Positions 46,017 to 55,895 of a stretch of 64,000 bases of DNA are shown piece after piece. The DNA comes from Candidatus Omnitrophota bacterium (GTDB lineage Bacteria; Omnitrophota; Gorgyraeia; Zapsychrales; Fredricksoniimonadaceae): NCBI GenBank assembly GCA_015233145.1, contig JADFYI010000004.1, positions 68,821 to 132,820 on the forward strand. The letters are read 5' to 3'. The position numbers and the translations under genes are program-made. The notes below the pieces were generated by a model that had not been told where the DNA came from, made no database searches, and saw only the letters and a list, made by a program, of their open reading frames with translations. Every line of letters begins with the position of its first letter. Position 1 is the stretch's first letter.

Positions 46017-47039
46017 TTAATCACTGTAAACGCTAAAGGCCACAACGCGGTTACGGCCTTGTTTTTTGGCGCGGTAAAGCGCCCAGTCAGCCTTGTCCAA
46101 AAGCTCTTCAAGTTCATGGGCATCATCAGGAAACGTGGCCACCCCCACGCTCAAACTCACATTAAGGGAGGCGTCATACGCCTTGATTTTCTCATCATGC
46201 ATGGCCGCGCGGATACGTTCTGCAGCCAAAAGCGCGCCCTGCTTGTCTGTATCAGGAAGGATGGCGCAAAATTCTTCTCCGCCAAACCGGCCGGTAATAT
46301 CAATTTCGCGGGTATGAAGGCCGATCATCCGCCCCACCTCGCGCAAAACCATATCACCTGTGAGATGCCCATATTGGTCATTAACGCGCTTAAAATGATC
46401 CACATCCATCATGAGAAGCGATAAAGGAAGCTTTCGCATCCTGGCCCGGGCAAATTCTTCCTCAAAACGCTCCATAAAATGCCTGCGGGTATGCAAATGC
46501 GTAAGGCTGTCGGTTATGGCCATGTTTTCAACTTCTTTGTAAAGCTTGATCCGGCGAAGAGCCAGCGCAAACTGATGGGCCAGAATGGAAAACGTCTCTT
46601 CATCCTTGTCCGCAAGCCCTTTATAGGCCAATTCCCCCAAGACCACGCGTTTGGACTTTAAAGGAAAGAATTTATACCCCTTAAAAGAAGGAAAATCAGA
46701 AATATCATCCGGAAAATTCTCGACCAGCTGGCAGTCATCCAGATAAATCTGCCGGCCCAGGTAATCCTTAAACGATTGAAAAGCCTCGGCTTCGTCAAAA
46801 CTCTTGGTAATTTCGCGGGTCAGCTCATAAAGGGTAAAAATACGCTGGGACTCATCCTCAAGGTGCTTTTTTTCAGCGGCCAGTTCATCTTTCTGCTGGA
46901 TAATCCTGGAATAGGACTCCTTAACGCGCAAAACATCGCCGTCAGCGCGTTCTTCAAACTGTAAAACCGCAACCTTGGCCAGATAGACCACGACCAGGAC
47001 AAAAGCCACGACTAATAAAAACATGATATAAAATTGCAT
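46017..47039 (-). CDS. membrane-anchored diguanylate cyclase (GGDEF)
   Basis: N-terminal TM, a coiled-coil, a short GAF-like segment, then DVDHFKRVND and RFGGEEFCAILP. Confidence 0.85.
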   Translation of the reverse strand: MQFYIMFLLVVAFVLVVVYLAKVAVLQFEERADGDVLRVKESYSRIIQQKDELAAEKKHLEDESQRIFTLYELTREITKSFDEAEAFQSFKDYLGRQIYLDDCQLVENFPDDISDFPSFKGYKFFPLKSKRVVLGELAYKGLADKDEETFSILAHQFALALRRIKLYKEVENMAITDSLTHLHTRRHFMERFEEEFARARMRKLPLSLLMMDVDHFKRVNDQYGHLTGDMVLREVGRMIGLHTREIDITGRFGGEEFCAILPDTDKQGALLAAERIRAAMHDEKIKAYDASLNVSLSVGVATFPDDAHELEELLDKADWALYRAKKQGRNRVVAFSVYSD

Positions 47040-47048
47040 ACGCCTGCC

Positions 47049-48344
47049 TTAAGCTACGCAAACCCGGTTACGGCCTTTGCGCTTTGCCTCATAAAGCGCG
47101 TCATCAGCTTTCTGAATAAGCTCTTCTTTGGTTTTAGCGTCCTTCGGAAAAGAGGCCACCCCTGCTGATAACGTAATATGCGTTTTTTCCCGGCGAAGAA
47201 TGATATCTTCACCAGCCACAAACTCAATAAACCCCTGCACCTGGGCAACCGCCTCGCTCTTAGGGCATTCCGGCAAAGTCAGGCAAAACTCTTCCCCGCC
47301 ATACCGGCAAATCAAATTCCCCGGGGCGCTGAAATGTTTTTCCATTAAAACCGCAAGGTGCTTTAAAACAATATCCCCGGCTGTGTGGCCAAAATGGTCG
47401 TTATACCTTTTAAAATGGTCAATATCAATCATCACAAACGACATTTCCTGCTCGCGCCGGAAATGCCTGTTGATTTCATCCCCCAGGCGCTCGAGAAGGT
47501 AGCGGCGCAAATAGAGCCCTGTCAGCCCGTCTTTAATCGCCATGTCCTCGACCTTGTCGTAAAGCTCGGCGTTTTCAATGGCCACGGCCGCGATGTCCCC
47601 AATAGCCTGAAGCAGGCGAAGGTCTTCCTCGTTAAAACGGCCTGGCACAGGACTATCCATCCTGAGGATGCCGATCACTTTCTTCTGAATAACCAAAGGC
47701 ACGCTTAACAGCGACCTTAAGGGCCGCAGATCTTCTTCCTGCATTTTTTCCATATCAAAACGAAAGTCGCTCTTGGTGTCTTCCAGATACAAAGGCTGCT
47801 GGGTTTTCATAATCCAGCGGTCAAACATATCCCCAAGTTTGGATTTGATATTCACGACACGCTGGTTGCGTTCAGCGCTCGCGATGGCAAGCTCTCCGGA
47901 ATTTGAATCAAAAATATAAAGAATGATCGTAGAGTCGCCATGATCAAAAAAATGCCCTGTTTCCCGGCAAAGGGTGTGCGCGGTATCTTCCAGCGTCAAA
48001 CAGCCGCTTAATTTCTCGATAAATCCTTTAAGCTGGGAATAGCTGATGATTTTCTGGCGAAAAGCGCTGATGACCTGGGCTTCCCGCTCAAGATCAGCCT
48101 TTAACATATTGGCCCGTTCAAAAAAATCTTCTTTTTGGAGTTTGACCTGGGACTTTTTACGCTTAAGGCGGCGATAAAACGCGACGAGGATAATAATATT
48201 GATAGAAAAGGCAATGACAAGATAGGCAAAAAAGTTCGTCTGGTATCGGGAGGCGTAAATGAAAAAGAAAACCAGAGGGACAAAAAGACTGACAACAAAA
48301 AAGAGGTAATACCTAGATAATTGTTGTTTCAGTTTTTGGATCAA
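47049..48344 (-). CDS. membrane-anchored GAF-GGDEF diguanylate cyclase
   Basis: Two TM helices, a coiled-coil, a GAF-like region (LSVPLVIQKKVIGILR), then DIDHFKRYND and RYGGEEFCLTLP. Confidence 0.85.
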   Translation of the reverse strand: MIQKLKQQLSRYYLFFVVSLFVPLVFFFIYASRYQTNFFAYLVIAFSINIIILVAFYRRLKRKKSQVKLQKEDFFERANMLKADLEREAQVISAFRQKIISYSQLKGFIEKLSGCLTLEDTAHTLCRETGHFFDHGDSTIILYIFDSNSGELAIASAERNQRVVNIKSKLGDMFDRWIMKTQQPLYLEDTKSDFRFDMEKMQEEDLRPLRSLLSVPLVIQKKVIGILRMDSPVPGRFNEEDLRLLQAIGDIAAVAIENAELYDKVEDMAIKDGLTGLYLRRYLLERLGDEINRHFRREQEMSFVMIDIDHFKRYNDHFGHTAGDIVLKHLAVLMEKHFSAPGNLICRYGGEEFCLTLPECPKSEAVAQVQGFIEFVAGEDIILRREKTHITLSAGVASFPKDAKTKEELIQKADDALYEAKRKGRNRVCVA

Positions 48345-49419
48345 AGAAGTGCACCTTGCGCATATCGAAGACCACTTCCATGTCGCGGTTGACTTCGGGC
48401 CTGTTGTGAGCGCCCACGCGAGCCATGAAACTGTTCTTCCCGGAGTTCAAGTATAAATGGACATCCGAGCCCAGCGGCTCGACCACTTCGCATGTCACAC
48501 GGATCGTATTTTCAGGCGAAGCTTCCGAGACGAAAAGCTTGTCATAAATATCTTCGCTCCTGATGCCGAAAACAACCTCTTTGCCGGCATACGGAACCAG
48601 AATATCGCTCATCTCATCTACAAGTTTAACGCGGAATTTGCCTTCATCAAAGTAATATTTTTTGTCTTTCTTGAAAATATGGCCTTTCATCAGGTTAATG
48701 GGAGGTGTCCCGATAAAACTGGCCACAAACTTGTTGGCAGGATTGTCATAAATATTCATCGGCTCATCGCACTGCTGAATGACGCCGTTTTTCATGACCA
48801 CAATACGGTCGCCCATGGTCATGGCTTCCACCTGGTCGTGCGTAACATAAATAAAAGTCGTCTGCAAACGCATGCGAAGCTTATGAATTTCCGTGCGCAT
48901 GGTCACGCGCATCTTGGCATCAAGGTTGCTTAAAGGCTCATCAAAAAGAAATACCCTGGGCTTGCGCACAATGGCACGCCCCAGCGCAACGCGCTGGCGC
49001 TCGCCGCCCGAAAGCTGGCGGGGCCTGCGGCCCAGATACCTGTGGATATTAAGAATTTCAGCGGCCTCATTGACGCGCTTTTCAATCTCGAGCTTGGGGT
49101 AATTTCTTAACTTCAAGCCAAAGGCCATGTTCTCAAACACGGTCATATGCGGATAAAGCGCATAATTCTGAAAAACCATGGCAATATCGCGGTCTTTGGG
49201 AGGGACATCGTTCACCCGCTTGTCGCCGATCCAGATGTTCCCGGATGAAATTTCCTCCAGGCCCGCAATCATGCGCAAAGTCGTTGATTTTCCGCAGCCC
49301 GAGGGGCCGACCAGGACAATAAACTCTTTATCCTTCACATCAAGATTGACGCTGTCAACGGCCTTGACAACGCCGCCGCGGTAGGTTTTGCAAAGATTTT
49401 CTAACCGAACACTGGCCAT
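48313..49419 (-). CDS. ABC sugar-importer ATPase, MalK/UgpC-like (no permease or binding protein in the window)
   Basis: GPSGCGKST, LSGGERQRVA and FLFDEPLSNLD, plus a C-terminal TOBE-like regulatory domain. Confidence 0.85.
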   Translation of the reverse strand: MASVRLENLCKTYRGGVVKAVDSVNLDVKDKEFIVLVGPSGCGKSTTLRMIAGLEEISSGNIWIGDKRVNDVPPKDRDIAMVFQNYALYPHMTVFENMAFGLKLRNYPKLEIEKRVNEAAEILNIHRYLGRRPRQLSGGERQRVALGRAIVRKPRVFLFDEPLSNLDAKMRVTMRTEIHKLRMRLQTTFIYVTHDQVEAMTMGDRIVVMKNGVIQQCDEPMNIYDNPANKFVASFIGTPPINLMKGHIFKKDKKYYFDEGKFRVKLVDEMSDILVPYAGKEVVFGIRSEDIYDKLFVSEASPENTIRVTCEVVEPLGSDVHLYLNSGKNSFMARVGAHNRPEVNRDMEVVFDMRKVHFFDPKTETTII

Positions 49420-49437
49420 GGGTGTCCTTAAAGTAAA

Positions 49438-50295
49438 TTATTCTTTTTTATTGCTCTGGGAATAATCAATAATCTGCGCAAGTTTCTGTTTCATGTCTTT
49501 GCGAGAAACAATAAGGTCAATCAAGCCGTGCGCATGCATAAACTCTGATGTCTGGAATCCCTTGGGAAGCTTCTGCCGCACGGTCTGTTCAATAACGCGA
49601 GGGCCGGCAAACCCCAAAAGCGCCTTGGGTTCCGCAAGGATCACGTCGCCCACGCCGGCATACGAAGCCATGATGCCGCCCATGGTGGGGTTGGTTAAGA
49701 CAGAAATATAAAGAAATTTGGCCTCGGCATGCCGCCCCAGCGCCGCGCAGGTTTTGGCCATCTGCATCAGGGAAATACACCCCTCATACATGCGCGCCCC
49801 GCCGCCCGAACCTGAAATAATCACAACAGGTAAATGGTTTTTGGTCGCATACTCAACGGCGCGGGTTACTTTTTCGCCGACCACGGACCCCATGGATCCC
49901 ATGATAAACTGCGAATCCGTCACCACCACAACCGCATCAAGCCCGTTAATTTTCCCATAACCGGTAATTGCCGCATCCAAAAGCCCGGTCGCTTTTTGAT
50001 CGCCGGCAATCTTATCTTTATAGGTTTTAACCCCTTTAAACTCCAAAGGGTCCATGGAAAGCATGTCGGCATCCATCTCGACAAACGTGCCTTCGTCGAC
50101 CGTGAGCTCTATGCGCTTGCGCGCGGTCAGGGTCATGTGGTAACCGCATTTGGGGCAGATACTCTGGTTGGCATCGACTTCCTTGGTATAGGAAGGATGC
50201 TGACAGTCAGGGCACTTGAGCCACACGCCGTCAGGAATGGCCTTGCGCTTGTTGACCCTGACAAAAGTATTGTTGCTTTTACCAAAAAGGCTCAT
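49438..50295 (-). CDS. accD: acetyl-CoA carboxylase carboxyltransferase beta subunit
   Basis: Zinc ribbon CPDCQH...CPKCGYH followed by the carboxyltransferase domain (GGARMYEG). Confidence 0.9.
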   Translation of the reverse strand: MSLFGKSNNTFVRVNKRKAIPDGVWLKCPDCQHPSYTKEVDANQSICPKCGYHMTLTARKRIELTVDEGTFVEMDADMLSMDPLEFKGVKTYKDKIAGDQKATGLLDAAITGYGKINGLDAVVVVTDSQFIMGSMGSVVGEKVTRAVEYATKNHLPVVIISGSGGGARMYEGCISLMQMAKTCAALGRHAEAKFLYISVLTNPTMGGIMASYAGVGDVILAEPKALLGFAGPRVIEQTVRQKLPKGFQTSEFMHAHGLIDLIVSRKDMKQKLAQIIDYSQSNKKE

Positions 50296-50305
50296 CCAAG
50301 GCTCC

Positions 50306-51568
50306 TCACAATTTATACAATGCTATTCCTGAAAGCGCTTTGGGATAAAAATATGTACTTTTGGGTGGCATTTTCTCACCGTTAAGCGCAATGGCGCGCA
50401 GCTGGTCAATCCGGACAGGATTTAAAATAAACGCGGCATCAGCCTCACCGTTGTCAATAAAGCTGAAACATTCATCCAGGTTTTTATTGCAATAGGTAAT
50501 CTCTTCGCTCTTGATGCCCAGTTTATCAAACACAAACGCCTTGAGGATCAGGGAATCAAGGCTGCGGTAATCTTTGGAGCCTTCTTTGATATATTCATTG
50601 ATCTGGGATTTGTTCTTAAGCCTTAAAAGCTGGATGCCTTTTTTAGTATAAAGCCCGAAAGCGTGCTCGTTTTGGCCGGCCCTGGCCAGCAAAAGCACAA
50701 GTTCCTGTTTGTTTTTGATGGCATCAATGCGGAAAAGGTTTTCGAGAAAACCGATATCTTGAGGAAAATTTTTAACAATACGGTGGATGGGAAAAATCAA
50801 AAGATCCTTGGAATCAACATTCGTAAAATAAGTCATGACGTAATTCCAGGGCTCGTCACCCGTCGGATTTGGCGTTCTTTCGAGCATCATTTCACGATAG
50901 CGCCTGGAAACCTCGTAACGGTGATGGCCGTCCGCAATGAAAAGGTTCTGGTTGTTAAACGTATCCACAACATCCTGGATCAAAACCGGGTCCTCAAGCC
51001 GCCAGACCTGGTTGCGCGTGCCGTCATCATCTATCACGTCCATAAAAGGCTTTGTCGGCGCAACCTTGCGCAGAAAAATATTCTCAACCTTTTTCTGCCT
51101 GTCCGCAAAACAAACAAAAATCGGGCTGCAGGCCGCCTGAAGCGCATTCCAGAGCCGGAAACGGTCTTCCTTGGCGCCGGCATGGGTCTTTTCGTGCGGA
51201 TGAATCTTGGCTTTTTCGTCTTCGATCTTCATGGCTGCCAAAAAGCCCATGCGGCTGAACCGCTGGCCGAGAATCTTATATTCCTGCTTGATGTAATAAA
51301 TGCAGGGTTTTTTGTCCTGGACCAGAATTTCGTCTTTAATCCATTCTTTCAGGGTAGCGCCGGCCTGCTCGTAACGCTTTGTGTCCTCAGTCTCTTTGGC
51401 GTCTGCCTTGGCCAGCATCACATGAATAAAATTATAAGGGCTTCTTTTCTGTAAAACAGCCTCCTGTTCAGGAGAAATCACGTCATAAGGGGGGCAAACA
51501 ACCCTTGAAAAATCAGGAAATTCTTTTGGATTATAAACATAAGCTTCAAATGGTTTAATGACTGACAT
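50306..51568 (-). CDS. DUF1015 family protein
   Basis: 420 aa. IKPFEAYVYNP, CPPYDVIS and FIADGHHRYE are characteristic DUF1015 blocks as I recall them. Confidence 0.7.
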   Translation of the reverse strand: MSVIKPFEAYVYNPKEFPDFSRVVCPPYDVISPEQEAVLQKRSPYNFIHVMLAKADAKETEDTKRYEQAGATLKEWIKDEILVQDKKPCIYYIKQEYKILGQRFSRMGFLAAMKIEDEKAKIHPHEKTHAGAKEDRFRLWNALQAACSPIFVCFADRQKKVENIFLRKVAPTKPFMDVIDDDGTRNQVWRLEDPVLIQDVVDTFNNQNLFIADGHHRYEVSRRYREMMLERTPNPTGDEPWNYVMTYFTNVDSKDLLIFPIHRIVKNFPQDIGFLENLFRIDAIKNKQELVLLLARAGQNEHAFGLYTKKGIQLLRLKNKSQINEYIKEGSKDYRSLDSLILKAFVFDKLGIKSEEITYCNKNLDECFSFIDNGEADAAFILNPVRIDQLRAIALNGEKMPPKSTYFYPKALSGIALYKL

Positions 51569-51629
51569 TACGGCTGAAATCCTTTATTAAATGATTAATA
51601 GATGGAGAATAAACCCACTAAGTATACAC

Positions 51630-51655
51630 AAAAACCTATTTTTGTCCCACAAAAA
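51630..51655 (-). terminator. weak AT-rich hairpin plus T-tract downstream of the large secreted protein
   Basis: TTTTTGT-ccc-ACAAAAA (51639-51655). The minus strand continues TAGGTTTTTG. Confidence 0.3.
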
Positions 51656-51680
51656 ATATCAGAAGTCTTGAAAAATTTTT

Positions 51681-54600
51681 CTATTCTGAAAGGATCATGG
51701 AAGGAATCGGGGTAATGCCAAGAATCACCGGACGAATACCGGTAAAGTCGCCTGCCCGGAATTGCTCGATTAACAGCGGATCAAACGCCATCTCTGGGGC
51801 TGCGCCGGTTTCCGTCATGTCCAGATTGTTGGCATTCATGTCAATACCACCGTTAACCTGGGCAGAATCAGCAACCAAAGCCGCCTCCTCCAAATGCACA
51901 AAAAGAGAGCCCCTTGACTTCTCAAGTTCATTCTGAATAAAGGGCTGGAGCCAGGGCCACAAAGGGCTTTCGCGGTGCAATTCTATGGGCGTCCAACTGT
52001 CCAGCCTGCCGTCTTTAAAAACAAGGGCCACAGTCCCTTGATAGTAATTATAAGAAAAACCCTGGTTGGGTTTGACAAAAATCTGGTAAAGCACCTGGCC
52101 ATTGTTCGTGGCCTGCAATGTGTCCTGACGAACCTTTAAAAACACATCAAAACTATCTGCGGCATAAGCATTCCGGATACTACTCACCAATCGGCCGGTT
52201 TGCATGAGCGCACTCACCCGCGTTGCCAGTGCCAGCTTTTCCTCTTGAGAAAGCTTTTTGGTCCATGACGGCTGGCGAATGGCACCCGTACCCGACTTAT
52301 ACGGCCCGACATTCTGGGCGCTGTCAGACGCAGCGTCTTCCCGCAATATCGTAAGAGTCCTTTCTCCCTTATTAAAGAATGACCGGCCTTTTAAATCGTT
52401 CAGTTTTTGTTCTATGAATCCGGGAAGCCAGGCATATAACTCTGCATCCTGACTCACCACCTGGCCCAACTCATCATTCATAAACACCACTTTGCCAAAA
52501 TCCGCCAGCTTGCCGTCCTTAAAGGAAAGCATGACCACAGCCTTGCGGTCCAAAATTTTCTTGAGTTCCTGATCTTGGGGAGTGACATGGATCTGGTAAG
52601 CAATTTGCGCATCAGGATTTTTGACTGCCATTGTCATCTTGGGATTGGGGGTCAGGGAAACATCATAAGCATTTGATGATCGCATCATCCTTTCGGTCCA
52701 AACCTCATTAAAATGAAGCCTGTCGAGGACATCTTTTTGAGCCTGCTGCTCTTCGGCAGAAAGTGTCTTCGCCCAGCCAAACATCTGAAGCAACTGCTGA
52801 GGGTATACGCCGGCCCAATCCAATGCCATGGCTGTTAAAAACACATTGTTTTCCTGGCTTGCGGCATTGTCAGAGGACTGGGCATCATCTGCGGAGGAAA
52901 ATTCCTGCTCATCGGTGCCTCGAATAAGTGAAGCGCCTTGTAACGCGGTCAGTTTTTCCCTTACAAAACCTTCAACCCAGGGCAAATACAAAGAAAAGTT
53001 TGAAGAAATTTTCAAATCAGCAATTTTTACAAGATGGCCTTGCCTCAGCTCAAGAGTGACAGAGCCAATGTAAAAGCTCGCATTATCTCCCCTGGTCATG
53101 GGATAAACAAAAATATTATAAACTTCGTTGCCTGTGCCGGTGTCATGAATTCTGGCCCTGTGATCAAGGTGTACGCCAAAATTCTGTGAATTGCCCAGGA
53201 AATCCACGGCCGTCTTCTGCTCGAGATTATCGGAAATGGTTTTAGCGCCGGCCTTCCCTGCCCTCAATTCTTCAACAGACAATAATTTAGACCAGCCAAA
53301 GCCGCGCACAGCCCCTCGAGGCTGGCTTTGAATATTTCTTAAAGCAGATAATATCCTGTCTGTGGCGGCAGGATACTCCTGCCTTAAATCAGTTTCAAGA
53401 TCTGCCATATCACCCGTCAAGCGGCCCTGGCCAGGAGCCATTTCTTTTAAATATCCAGCACGAACCAGCCAGTCAAAAACAGCGTCTCCCTGTCGAATGT
53501 CTTTGGCAAAAGCCTTTTTGACAAGAACCCCGGATTCCCAATCGCCCAGCATAGCCTGATCCGCCGCATCTGCAGGTTTTTGTAATGCCAAGAGCATTTC
53601 CTGCCAGGAGCCATTAATAAGAGCTCTCTGGGGGTCTGGAAGGGTTCTTTGGGTTAACAGCTTTTCCCAGCGTTTTTCCTTTTGCCATTGTTTTAAACGA
53701 ACCGTGGTGTTCAGTGTTTTGGGATTCCAGGAAACAACCAATCGGTATCCATTCTCTTTAAAAAACATCCTTCTTTCCAGAAGCATTCGCTTGTCATCCA
53801 GCTTTGTTGACTTACTGTAATCAAGCGTTAATTGATTTGATTGGGGAATCTGGAATTTCTCAATGTCAGACGCACGAGCTTCACCGGCGGCGCGATTCCC
53901 CCTGTACGCAAGCGCTGCACGCGGCAACGGGGTTGTTCGAAGGAGCGTTAACACATTTTCCCAGGAGCTAAAAAAAATGGCGGATTCAGGATCTTCAATG
54001 GTCATCTGTCCTATGATGGTCGCTTTGTGGCCGCCCGGATATAACTTTTGCAAAATGACCCTTGTGACACTTTTCTTGGAATCTGAAAGAGCCACCAGCC
54101 GGTAGCCTTGCGGAGAAGATTTTTCCACAAGAGACACCCGCCAGCTGCCGCGGGCATCCCACACCTTAACAGTCTTTGCCGCAGGCGCTCTCGGATTTTG
54201 CCGTGGCACCAGATCTTCAACCAGCGGGATATTCTGCCGGAACACATCTGTTGGTTCTGCCTCATCAAAAGCCTGGGCAGAATCGCGGCCTTTGGCCAGC
54301 CCGTCAACCCAGTTGACAATAAAATCCACCCCTGAGTTTAAATCACGTAAAACATTACCTGTAGGTTCTTGGGATAATGCGATCTTTAGGCCTTCCGGAT
54401 CAACAGAAAGATGAAGAAAGCTACCAATCCCTAAATTGACTTTAGACAGCTGTTTATGATCATCTCTTTCTTGTGGAGTGTCTTTTTTCTTAAGCTGCCA
54501 AAACTCATCAGCCATGGCCTGAAGGATTCTGGTATTCAGCTCCTGGCCAGACAAGGGAATAACAATCGTTTTTTCTCTCTTGTTGGCTTTGGGACGTGCC

Positions 54601-55895
54601 CGGCCCCTCTTAATAACACTGACAACCGACTGGACTTCTGACAAAGGGTAGACCCCTTTACCTAATTTGACTTTGCCTTCTTCTGAAGAAGGGGATTGCT
54701 CCTGCGCCGAGTCCTTCTCCATGGCAACCCGCACCTGAAGGCTATCGCCTACCGGTACGGCCTGGGAGGCATCAATGCCTTCTTTCCCCACCACATCAGC
54801 CCTGGCAAGGTCTGTCATCCCACCGGAAAAATATTTACGCGGAATCATATCGCCGGAAACAGGGTCTGGCTCTTCCTTAATAAGATTAAAAACGCCCTTT
54901 TGATACGCCTGCGCATACTTTTCCCAAATGGCCTGGGGGTCTACATCTGCTTTTTTATCAGCCACCCACGCGCCTTCAACGCCGCTGGTTTTTTTCTGAT
55001 TCGCATAAACTTGCGTGAGAAGCGCCTCTTTTAAATTTTTCTTATACCAGGTGGCGAGAATCATGGAATGAAAAATCTGGCGGAGGCTGGCAAAATTTTG
55101 GGAAGCGTTCACTTCTTTTTCAAGTTCAGGGATCACAACATCACGAATCACTTGCTTCGACAATTCATTCGTAGGGGTTTGATTCATCAAACCCTCAGTG
55201 GGCGCGAGCCTTCCGGGCTCGATAAATCGAGCCCCTACGGCCTTTTCTTGCGCCAAATAGTCTGATTCCAGCATGACCTTAAGATGCGACCCGACGATAA
55301 AAGCCGTATTATTTTTTACATAAACATTCGCCTTATCCGCAACCACCCAGACTTTGTTAAATGTATCCACAGGAATATCGGTTGTTCCGAATTCTTTTTG
55401 CGCGCGGGCATAAACCCTGGCCCAGAACTCGCGGCCAAAATCTTTTTGGGGGTACATTAAAGATGCTGTCACCTGTTTTAAAAGATAATCCTGGGCCAGC
55501 ATGTCGCGGCCCAGCGCGGTCTTTCCCAAATCCTCGGGAAGGATGCGGTCTTTTTCATAAGGGGAAAGGTTGACCCACTGGTCTTTTTCAGGAAGTGTGA
55601 GCGAAGAAAGGAAATATTTTATAAGCTTATCTGATTCCTGCCTGATGGCCGCATTATCAGGGCCTGACTTAAAGCCGGTATTGCCGGTATCTACAATAAA
55701 ATCAAACAAGAGCGGGTTATCCGCATGGACCGTCAGCCCTTTAAAAATCACAGGAACAAAGGCCGGAGCGCGCTCAACCATTGTGCCTGGCTCAGGTAAA
55801 AATAAACCCTGGGCATAAGACACCTGGGGCGCACAAGCTATTAAAATAGCAAGAACAACTGCAAGTGCTTTTCCTAAAGCTGTTGTCATAATCAT
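51681..55895 (-). CDS. large secreted modular protein of unknown function (about 1404 aa)
   Basis: Signal peptide (ALAVVLAILIACAPQVSYA). The ORF-track start 55916 is a TTG; ATG codons lie at 55895 and 55889. Five D-S/D-A-Q punctuation motifs, three about 170-aa tandem modules and a C-terminal GGIDMN...LDM tail. Confidence 0.8.
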   Translation of the reverse strand: MIMTTALGKALAVVLAILIACAPQVSYAQGLFLPEPGTMVERAPAFVPVIFKGLTVHADNPLLFDFIVDTGNTGFKSGPDNAAIRQESDKLIKYFLSSLTLPEKDQWVNLSPYEKDRILPEDLGKTALGRDMLAQDYLLKQVTASLMYPQKDFGREFWARVYARAQKEFGTTDIPVDTFNKVWVVADKANVYVKNNTAFIVGSHLKVMLESDYLAQEKAVGARFIEPGRLAPTEGLMNQTPTNELSKQVIRDVVIPELEKEVNASQNFASLRQIFHSMILATWYKKNLKEALLTQVYANQKKTSGVEGAWVADKKADVDPQAIWEKYAQAYQKGVFNLIKEEPDPVSGDMIPRKYFSGGMTDLARADVVGKEGIDASQAVPVGDSLQVRVAMEKDSAQEQSPSSEEGKVKLGKGVYPLSEVQSVVSVIKRGRARPKANKREKTIVIPLSGQELNTRILQAMADEFWQLKKKDTPQERDDHKQLSKVNLGIGSFLHLSVDPEGLKIALSQEPTGNVLRDLNSGVDFIVNWVDGLAKGRDSAQAFDEAEPTDVFRQNIPLVEDLVPRQNPRAPAAKTVKVWDARGSWRVSLVEKSSPQGYRLVALSDSKKSVTRVILQKLYPGGHKATIIGQMTIEDPESAIFFSSWENVLTLLRTTPLPRAALAYRGNRAAGEARASDIEKFQIPQSNQLTLDYSKSTKLDDKRMLLERRMFFKENGYRLVVSWNPKTLNTTVRLKQWQKEKRWEKLLTQRTLPDPQRALINGSWQEMLLALQKPADAADQAMLGDWESGVLVKKAFAKDIRQGDAVFDWLVRAGYLKEMAPGQGRLTGDMADLETDLRQEYPAATDRILSALRNIQSQPRGAVRGFGWSKLLSVEELRAGKAGAKTISDNLEQKTAVDFLGNSQNFGVHLDHRARIHDTGTGNEVYNIFVYPMTRGDNASFYIGSVTLELRQGHLVKIADLKISSNFSLYLPWVEGFVREKLTALQGASLIRGTDEQEFSSADDAQSSDNAASQENNVFLTAMALDWAGVYPQQLLQMFGWAKTLSAEEQQAQKDVLDRLHFNEVWTERMMRSSNAYDVSLTPNPKMTMAVKNPDAQIAYQIHVTPQDQELKKILDRKAVVMLSFKDGKLADFGKVVFMNDELGQVVSQDAELYAWLPGFIEQKLNDLKGRSFFNKGERTLTILREDAASDSAQNVGPYKSGTGAIRQPSWTKKLSQEEKLALATRVSALMQTGRLVSSIRNAYAADSFDVFLKVRQDTLQATNNGQVLYQIFVKPNQGFSYNYYQGTVALVFKDGRLDSWTPIELHRESPLWPWLQPFIQNELEKSRGSLFVHLEEAALVADSAQVNGGIDMNANNLDMTETGAAPEMAFDPLLIEQFRAGDFTGIRPVILGITPIPSMILSE
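51858..53300 (-). repeat. three tandem divergent protein modules (period about 170 aa) within the large secreted protein
   Basis: Anchors are W875-SKLLSVEE, W1048-AKTLSAEE and W1218-TKKLSQEE. Each module continues with Y-x-I-F/H-V-x-P, then a G-x-L strand, then W-L/V-x-x-F-I/V-x-x-x-L, and ends in DDAQ/DSAQ/DSAQ. Confidence 0.7.
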
